Shown here one piece after another: positions 58,342-64,000 of a DNA stretch of 64,000 nt. The stretch is from an uncultured Methanosarcinales archaeon. GTDB taxonomy: Archaea; Nanobdellota; Nanobdellia; Woesearchaeales; JACPBV01. A program made the translations under genes and the position numbers. The first letter of the stretch is position 1. Each line of letters opens with the position of its first letter. The notes beneath the pieces are model-generated. The model was given only the letters and a program-made list of their open reading frames with translations, searched no databases and was not told the DNA's origin. Location of the stretch: contig CAZBLF010000001.1 in assembly GCA_964492935.1 (NCBI GenBank), positions 28,301 through 92,300 on the forward strand. Direction: 5' to 3'.

Positions 58342-58650
58342 ATGCAGAAAGCAAGAATAAAGATAGCAAGTACCGATATTGCGAAGATTAATGATGTGTG
58401 TAGTTATATTAAAGATATTTCTGACAAGACTGGCGTGGATATGCGCGGTCCTGTACCGTTACCGACTAAAAAACTACGTGTTACTACAAGAAAAGGTCCC
58501 GATGGCGGCGGAACTGCTACATGGGATCGTTACGAATTAAGAATTCATAAGAGAGTTATTGATTTAGGTTTGGATGAGCGTGCTTTGAGATTAGTTATGC
58601 GCGTTCCTATTCCAGACGGTCTTAATATTGAAATTGAAATGAAAGAGTAA
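58342..58650 (+). CDS. rps10: Ribosomal protein S10
   Basis: 102 aa. RIKIASTDIAKINDVCSYIKDISDKTGVDMRGPVPLPTK is an S10 signature, and the gene sits in the classic tuf-rps10 arrangement. Confidence 0.9.
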   Translation: MQKARIKIASTDIAKINDVCSYIKDISDKTGVDMRGPVPLPTKKLRVTTRKGPDGGGTATWDRYELRIHKRVIDLGLDERALRLVMRVPIPDGLNIEIEMKE

Positions 58651-59832
58651 TTAACGTACTTCTGCTAACACATATAATGATCCGGTAACCACAATGAGGT
58701 CTTTTTTGGTTGCTCTTCGTTTTGCTTCTTTGAGTGCTTCTTTTACGGGAAGGACGACGGTGGTTGGTTTTTTGAAGTGTTGTGCGATCTTGTAAGGACT
58801 TCTTGCTCTTTTGATGTCGGGTTTGGTGAGGATGGCTTCTGAAATCACGGGATTGAGGATGCGGCACATGCGTTCGATGTTTTTGTCTTTGAGGATGCCT
58901 AGGACTAGGATAATTCTCTTGTATTGTTTTTTCGCTTGCTTGAGTTCTGTAGCGAGGACACGCATCGCATGTGGATTGTGGGCGGCGTCTAAGAGAGTGT
59001 TCTGATCTAGGAATTGCATTCTGCCGGGGATGGTTGCTTTTTTTAATCCTTGTTCTACGGCTGCCTTGGAGACTTTGGTTACCTTCTTTCTGTTGAGTAC
59101 GGTGATGACTTTAGAAGCGATGGCGGCGTTGTGTTGTTGATGGGAGCCGCGAAGTGTCAATGGACGGGTGCGTTTAGGAGGCGTTACGACGTAGCAGGGT
59201 GCATTCTGTTTTTTTGCTACTTTCTGTATCGTTTTAAGCGCTATTCCTTTTGCTCCAGTAATATTAGGGATGTTTTTCTTTATGATTCCTGCTTTCTCGC
59301 CAGCGATCTTTGCGATGGTGTTTCCAAGGATTTGGGTATGTTCTTTTGCGATGCTGGTGATGACGGTGGCAATGGGATCTACGATGTTGGTTGCATCGAG
59401 TCTGCCGCCTAAGCCTGTTTCTAGGACAACGAAATCTACTTTTCGTTTTGCGAAGTAGTATAGGGCTAAAGCGGTGGTGACTTCGAAGAAGGATTCTTTG
59501 GTGATGCTTGGTTTTAATTCGGAGACGACTTTAATGAGGGTGTTTTTGCGCATCTTCTTTCCATTGATGAGAAAGCGCTCGGTGAAGTCCCAGATGTGAG
59601 GAGAGTTATTCGTGCCTACGGTGTAGCCGGCTTCTCTTAAGACGGAGGTGAGCATGCTGCAGACGCTGCCTTTGCCGTTAGTGCCGGCAACGTGGATGAT
59701 CTTGAGTTTATCTTGTGGATTGCCGAGAAGCTCCATGAATTTTCTAACGTAGCCGAGTCGCAGATGGAAGGATTTCCAGTGGGCGACTGCTCCGCGACTT
59801 TTGACGTACTGTACTGATTCTTCGTAGTCCAT
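58651..59832 (-). CDS. folC: Mur-ligase family protein, folylpolyglutamate synthase-like
   Basis: The ATP-binding motif HVAGTNGKGS is present, along with a Mur ligase middle and C-terminal domain. The start was moved to the second ATG (59832), because the first codons overlap the repeat element. Confidence 0.7.
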   Translation of the reverse strand: MDYEESVQYVKSRGAVAHWKSFHLRLGYVRKFMELLGNPQDKLKIIHVAGTNGKGSVCSMLTSVLREAGYTVGTNNSPHIWDFTERFLINGKKMRKNTLIKVVSELKPSITKESFFEVTTALALYYFAKRKVDFVVLETGLGGRLDATNIVDPIATVITSIAKEHTQILGNTIAKIAGEKAGIIKKNIPNITGAKGIALKTIQKVAKKQNAPCYVVTPPKRTRPLTLRGSHQQHNAAIASKVITVLNRKKVTKVSKAAVEQGLKKATIPGRMQFLDQNTLLDAAHNPHAMRVLATELKQAKKQYKRIILVLGILKDKNIERMCRILNPVISEAILTKPDIKRARSPYKIAQHFKKPTTVVLPVKEALKEAKRRATKKDLIVVTGSLYVLAEVR

Positions 59833-59836
59833 AATT

Positions 59837-59968
59837 TTGAATCCGTTCATTCCACTGGTGTGTTCACCAGTGGTTCACACATCAGTTTCATTCGGGAGTC
59901 AAGAACCACTCCCCTGATGAGCAAGCCTCCAAACATGCCACCAGTCTATTGACCAGTGGTTCTTGACA
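59837..59968 (+). repeat. Copy 2 of the structured intergenic repeat
   Basis: tttgaatccgttcattccactggtgtgttcaccagtggttcacacatcagtttcattcgggagtcaagaaccact ... attgaccagtggttcttgaca. It aligns with 1590-1771, but copy 1 has about 45 nt more internal sequence. Confidence 0.7.
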
Positions 59969-60047
59969 ATCTTGTATTAAAGTATATAAATGTAATGTCG
60001 ATTGTAGTGATAAGATTTAAAAAGAGGCTGATACTCTTTCAGTGTAA

Positions 60048-60190
60048 CCCCGCTTGGCTCAACGGCTAGAGCACTTGGCTGTATTCCGAAAGGAAAGCTA
60101 GAGATGCGCTCTGACCTATGCCAAATGGCTTGGAATGAAAGAGGGTCAGTCGTGACCGAGGGATTGCTGGTTCAAATCCGGCAGCGGGGA
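60048..60190 (+). tRNA. Type-II tRNA (Leu or Ser class) carrying ~55-60 nt insertion (intron); anticodon unresolved
   Basis: The acceptor stem is CCCCGCT/AGCGGGG with discriminator A. The D-arm is gctc-aacggcta-gagc. A long variable-arm hairpin ggtca-gtcg-tgacc is present. The T-arm is GCTGG-TTCAAAT-CCGGC. An A/T-rich tttaaaaa lies about 25 nt upstream. Confidence 0.65.
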
Positions 60191-60193
60191 TTT

Positions 60194-60220
60194 GCCAGAA
60201 GGTAACTTCTGGCGTTTTTT
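60194..60220 (+). terminator. Hairpin plus T-run terminator after tRNA
   Basis: gccagaag-gtaa-cttctggc is followed by gtttttt. Confidence 0.5.
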
Positions 60221-60270
60221 CTTCGTAAACTTTATTAATCTGGGTCTTTTCACTCTCCTATCATCTTTCT

Positions 60271-60891
60271 ATGAGAATAAAAACACCAAAATCAGGTTAT
60301 CAAAAATTAACTCGGGCAAAGGCTAGAGTTATCGCTCACTTAATAGCAGATGGTTCAATGTACCGAAGTCGGCATAATTATAATCTGAGATACGAGGTGA
60401 CTGATGAAGAGCTTCTTAGGGAATATTACTATGATCTAGTGAGCGTTTTTGGACTCAAGCCACACTGGAGTAAAAATCCATCAGGCAAAACTGGAAAAAT
60501 AATTCCCGTAGTAAATCTTAGGTCAAAAATTGCTTTTGAAGATCTGCTTAGATATGCAAAGTATTTCTCTGCTGATTGGTGTCTCAAGGAACCATTTCTC
60601 TCTTCAGGCATCAACATTAAGCGCGAGTTTCTTAGATCTTTCGCAGATGATGAAGGGAGTGTGATTCCTCAGGGAAAAGGTGCGTTGGTTCGATTGTACT
60701 CTATTAATGAGAAAGGTCTTCTGCAACTACAAAAACTTTTGCTTGACTTCGATATTTCAAGTAAAATGGTTCCGGGTTTTGGTGCCAGAAGAAATGTGTT
60801 TGCATTGACAATCAAAGAAATATCAAAGTTTTCGAGAAGGATAGGGTTTAATCTTTCAAGAAAAAAAGCGAGATTGTGTGAGTTCTTATAA
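60271..60891 (+). CDS. Free-standing double-motif LAGLIDADG-family protein (paralogue of 35261-36082)
   Basis: Motifs VIAHLIADGSMY and FLRSFADDEGSV. The C-terminal RIGFNLSRKK parallels the other copy. It lies 80 nt downstream of the tRNA. Confidence 0.6.
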   Translation: MRIKTPKSGYQKLTRAKARVIAHLIADGSMYRSRHNYNLRYEVTDEELLREYYYDLVSVFGLKPHWSKNPSGKTGKIIPVVNLRSKIAFEDLLRYAKYFSADWCLKEPFLSSGINIKREFLRSFADDEGSVIPQGKGALVRLYSINEKGLLQLQKLLLDFDISSKMVPGFGARRNVFALTIKEISKFSRRIGFNLSRKKARLCEFL

Positions 60892-60926
60892 GAAGTTTTA
60901 AAAACAGTCATTGTTTCGAGGGTATC

Positions 60927-61964
60927 ATGGCATTAAGTACTAGTGGTAACGTGTGGAGGGGGGTGAGCATTGTAGCTGTTTTCCTTACGGCGGTTTTTGT
61001 GTTGCTGTTTTATTTGAAGACTACTTTTATTGTTGTGGTGTTGGGATTCTTGATTATCGCGGTTAAATATCAACTTGCAAAGAAGCACGCACAGGGAAAA
61101 AAGAAACTGCGGCTTACCGGTTTTAAGGGTACCTTGTATTCTTGGTTTTTGGTACTCTTTTGGACGTTGTTGGTGCTTTGGTTAGTATCGGGAAGCGTGA
61201 ATCAACTGGTTGACGTTTTTGGAAAGGCAAGTAACGATCAGGTTATTGCGAAGGCGTATTTGGGTGCTAAGGATGCGATACCGGAATCGTTAGCATCATT
61301 AATTGATTTTGAATCGATCTTTAAGCAGGCTGGAGCGTTTATGTTTTCGTTGTTATCTGGATTTTTCTCTGGTTTGACTTCGCTCTTGTTTCAGGCTGTT
61401 TTGATTATTCCATTGATGGTGTATTTGTTTACGAAGCGTGGAGACAGTATTCGGGAGCGTTTGTATGATCTTGCCCCGATTAAATTTAGAAAAAGTGTTC
61501 ATATTGCTCTTAAGAAGGTTGCAACTGAACTTTCCGATTTCTTTTCTGCTAAATTGCTTGAAAGTTTTGTGATTGGAAGTATTTGTTGCGTTGGATTTTT
61601 CTTTTCAGGATTAAAAGGATGGTTGTTATTGGGAGCAATAGCAGGATTCTTGAATATTATTCCTTATTTGGGGCCTTTAATCGGGGCGATACCAGCAGTT
61701 ATTATTGCCTTGTTGCAGAATCCCACGATTGCGGTGTGGGTGTTGATTACTATTGTGATTGCGCAGCTGGTAGATAATTTGTACTTGGTACCGTTCATGA
61801 TATCGGGCAAGGTACGGATGGAGCCGCTGGTAAGTATTATTCTCGTTATTATTGGGGCGCAGGTTTTGGGAGTGATGGGCATGATTTTCGCGATTCCAGT
61901 CTATATTGTGTATAAGATTATTCTTCGTGAGACGTATCGAGCACTTGTAAGGATCTACGGTTAA
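60927..61964 (+). CDS. AI-2E family transporter (PerM/UPF0118)
   Basis: 345 aa with 7-8 TM helices. IIPYLGPLIGAIPAVIIAL...AQLVDNLYLVPFMISGKV is a signature of this family. Confidence 0.8.
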   Translation: MALSTSGNVWRGVSIVAVFLTAVFVLLFYLKTTFIVVVLGFLIIAVKYQLAKKHAQGKKKLRLTGFKGTLYSWFLVLFWTLLVLWLVSGSVNQLVDVFGKASNDQVIAKAYLGAKDAIPESLASLIDFESIFKQAGAFMFSLLSGFFSGLTSLLFQAVLIIPLMVYLFTKRGDSIRERLYDLAPIKFRKSVHIALKKVATELSDFFSAKLLESFVIGSICCVGFFFSGLKGWLLLGAIAGFLNIIPYLGPLIGAIPAVIIALLQNPTIAVWVLITIVIAQLVDNLYLVPFMISGKVRMEPLVSIILVIIGAQVLGVMGMIFAIPVYIVYKIILRETYRALVRIYG

Positions 61965-61965
61965 G

Positions 61966-62751
61966 ATGAAGATAGCAATCGTTACGGGAGCCAGCGCAGG
62001 TTTAGGCGTGGAATTTGCAAAGCAACTTTCTTCGTTTTATTCTGTAGATAAGATCTGGTTGGTAGCTCGGCGTAAGGATCGTTTGGAGTCATTAGCTAAG
62101 GAACTGGGCAATGGGGTTGTTGTGCAGGCAGATTTGTCAACGTCAAAGGGTTTGTCTTTGGTTGAGGCGAAATTGGCTGAAGAGAAGCCTACGGTTTCTG
62201 TGTTGATTAATAATGCAGGTTTTGGGAAGCATGGGTTGTTTGCCGATGTTTCTTTAGAGCAGAATCAGGGGATGATTGATGTTAATGTTAGTGCTTTGGT
62301 GCGATTGACGCATTCGTGTTTAGTGTATATGGAATCTGGAGGGACGGTGATACAGGTTGCTTCTTCTGCGGCGTTTATGCCATTGCCGTTTTCATCTATT
62401 TATAGTGCAACTAAAGCATTTGTTGTGAATTTTTCTTATGCTTTGGCTCCTCAGTTGCGCAAACAAGGTATTTCTATAACTGCGGTCTGTCCTGGTCCTG
62501 TAGAAACTGAGTTTTTTGAAGTATTTGCAAATGGAAGGAAGGCTGCTAGGGGTCCGATGGCGGGGGCGAGTGCAGTTGTTAGAAAGGCGTATAGAGATGC
62601 TCGGCGTGGAAAACTGATTTCTGTGTATGGATTCTTTTTTAGATGGGTGGTGTTGATGTTGAGAGTGTTGCCGTTGAGTTTCTTTGTGAATCGGTTGTTC
62701 GGTGCCGAATGGAGAAGTCGTGAGCGTTGGTTGAAGAAGAAACGAACGTAA
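61966..62751 (+). CDS. Short-chain dehydrogenase/reductase (SDR)
   Basis: The cofactor site TGASAGLG, then NNAG, then the catalytic YSATKAF. Confidence 0.85.
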   Translation: MKIAIVTGASAGLGVEFAKQLSSFYSVDKIWLVARRKDRLESLAKELGNGVVVQADLSTSKGLSLVEAKLAEEKPTVSVLINNAGFGKHGLFADVSLEQNQGMIDVNVSALVRLTHSCLVYMESGGTVIQVASSAAFMPLPFSSIYSATKAFVVNFSYALAPQLRKQGISITAVCPGPVETEFFEVFANGRKAARGPMAGASAVVRKAYRDARRGKLISVYGFFFRWVVLMLRVLPLSFFVNRLFGAEWRSRERWLKKKRT

Positions 62752-62773
62752 ACACAACATTTATATAGTTCTT

Positions 62774-63286
62774 TTGTCAGAATCTGTTTGTGGGAGTATG
62801 AGTGATTATATATCAACAATTAAAAGTGTTGCTTTGAAGAAGGCAGATGTCTATGCTATGTATGTGTTTAATCGCATGCTTCATGAAACGGATAAAAATT
62901 ATTTAGCTGAGGAGTTTAATTTTACTGAACAGATGGCGCAGCATTTTGTTGCTAACTATCGTACGATTGGGTTGGTGTTTAGATTGCATGCGGTGCAGCT
63001 TGATGCTAGTAAGGATTGGAGACATTTTCTGAAAAAGGTGTTCAAGCATTCTTCAGTTCCGAGTAAATTTGATACGGTGTTTATTAGCGCTAAGGGTGAT
63101 AAATTGATGCTGGTTACGAATAAACGGTTGTTGAAGATTGATTTACGGCATGTGAATGAGCAGATTTTGGATGTTAACTTTAGGGTTGAGAATTGTAACG
63201 AGCGGATTGCCCATGAGGTTTCGGTGCAGGATACTCAGAATCAGGAAGAAGGATTTCTCGGAAAGATTGTTAATGCGTTTAAGTAG
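62774..63286 (+). CDS. Hypothetical protein
   Basis: 170 aa ORF with no recognised motif. Confidence 0.35.
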   Translation: MSESVCGSMSDYISTIKSVALKKADVYAMYVFNRMLHETDKNYLAEEFNFTEQMAQHFVANYRTIGLVFRLHAVQLDASKDWRHFLKKVFKHSSVPSKFDTVFISAKGDKLMLVTNKRLLKIDLRHVNEQILDVNFRVENCNERIAHEVSVQDTQNQEEGFLGKIVNAFK

Positions 63287-63365
63287 TTCTCAATTATCTG
63301 AGGCGCAGGGTCATAATCGGTCACTGTAGAGAAGTTTTATAAACACATTCTTTTTCTTTTGAGTC

Positions 63366-64000
63366 ATGGCAGAACAGTATGTGTCGAAGGATGTAGAAGC
63401 CGAGATTTTGAAGTACTGGGAAGGGGAAGGTGTGTATGCGAAGGTGCAGGCGCAGACTTCGAAAGGTAAGCCGTTTTACTTCTTGGATGGGCCGCCGTAT
63501 ACGTCTGGGAAGGTACATTTAGGTACTGCTTGGAATAAGGCATTGAAGGATTCACTTCTTAGATATAAGCGAATGCAGGGTTTTAATGTTCATGATCGAG
63601 CTGGGTATGATATGCATGGGTTGCCTACCGAACACGCTACGATGAAGGAATTGAAATTGAAGTCGAAACAAGATATTCTTGATTTTGGTGTTAAGAAGTT
63701 TACGGATGCGTGCAAGAAATTATGTATCGCGAACATGAAGGAGATGAACAAGGACTTTATCCGCGAGGGAGTGTGGATGAACTTTGAGGATCCGTATCAA
63801 TCGGTAAAAGATGAATATATTGAGGCGGTGTGGTGGTTGGTTAAGACTGCGCACGATAAGAAACGATTATATGAGGGTTTACGTACTGCACATTGGTGTC
63901 CGGATTGTGGTACTGCATTAGCGAAACACGAATTAGAGTATAAGGAAGTTAGTTCTAAATCAATTTTCATGAAGTTTCCTGTAGTGGGAAAGAAGAATGA
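63366..64000 (+). CDS. ileS: Isoleucyl-tRNA synthetase, N-terminal part (runs off window)
   Basis: GPPYTSGKVHLGTAWNKALKD...YDMHGLPTE aligns with the IleRS catalytic-domain start (PPYANGxIHxGHxxNKILKD...WDCHGLPIE). There is no stop codon before the window end. Confidence 0.8.
   Translation, partial: MAEQYVSKDVEAEILKYWEGEGVYAKVQAQTSKGKPFYFLDGPPYTSGKVHLGTAWNKALKDSLLRYKRMQGFNVHDRAGYDMHGLPTEHATMKELKLKSKQDILDFGVKKFTDACKKLCIANMKEMNKDFIREGVWMNFEDPYQSVKDEYIEAVWWLVKTAHDKKRLYEGLRTAHWCPDCGTALAKHELEYKEVSSKSIFMKFPVVGKKN

Noticed and set aside
1-64000. A scan for CRISPR arrays, rRNA genes, IS elements with terminal inverted repeats, and inteins in fusA, smc, nrdD and tuf.
   Set aside because: No regularly spaced direct repeats were found. 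No 16S, 23S or 5S-like stretches were found. No transposase-like ORFs were found. The large proteins have normal lengths with contiguous motifs, so there are no intein insertions.

Overview
The window looks like an AT-rich archaeal chromosome segment, possibly from a small-genome DPANN-like lineage. The archaeal call rests on archaeal/eukaryal-type translation genes: aEF-2, aEF-1alpha, L7Ae, S28e, L24e, S10 and DRG. TATA boxes sit about 25 nt upstream of leaderless ATGs and of the tRNA genes.

Gene content is mostly housekeeping:
- A translation cluster rpl7ae-rps28e-rpl24e-ndk-fusA.
- A glycine-cleavage and lipoylation operon, gcvT-gcvH-gcvPA-gcvPB-lipA-lplA.
- argS, smc, and the anaerobic ribonucleotide reductase gene nrdD.
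- nadE, rnhB and coaBC.
- A purine/pyrimidine block: two tandem purP genes, guaA, purF, purD, an MTHFS-family gene and pyrG.
- secF-secD, a UbiB-type kinase, cutA, tuf-rps10, a FolC-like ligase, an AI-2E transporter, an SDR and the start of ileS.
- Three tRNA genes. One is a clean tRNA-Leu(UAG). The other two carry roughly 60-nt insertions, presumably introns.

The non-routine observations are:
1. A roughly 130-180 nt structured element occurs twice in intergenic DNA, at 1590-1771 and 59837-59968. Both copies keep a conserved hairpin and a 13-bp long-range stem.
2. Two paralogous free-standing double-motif LAGLIDADG proteins each lie within 100 nt of a type-II tRNA gene. One of these loci also carries the second copy of the repeat element.
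3. A single ORF downstream of nrdD fuses a bacterial-type PlsC acyltransferase domain to an NrdG radical-SAM activase domain.
4. gcvT is interrupted by a single-base frameshift in an A-run, and its 3' part reads in frame into gcvH with no stop.
5. A perfect 10-3-10 palindrome sits between divergent leaderless purF and purD promoters.
6. A Lys/Ala-rich histone-H1-like basic protein is encoded at 54385-54801.
7. A candidate structured RNA lies upstream of pyrG at 47577-47688.
8. A cluster of poorly characterised genes at 15911-20578 includes a DHH nuclease, a zinc-ribbon protein and a possible DUF4145-like protein.

No rRNA, CRISPR array or classical IS element was seen.
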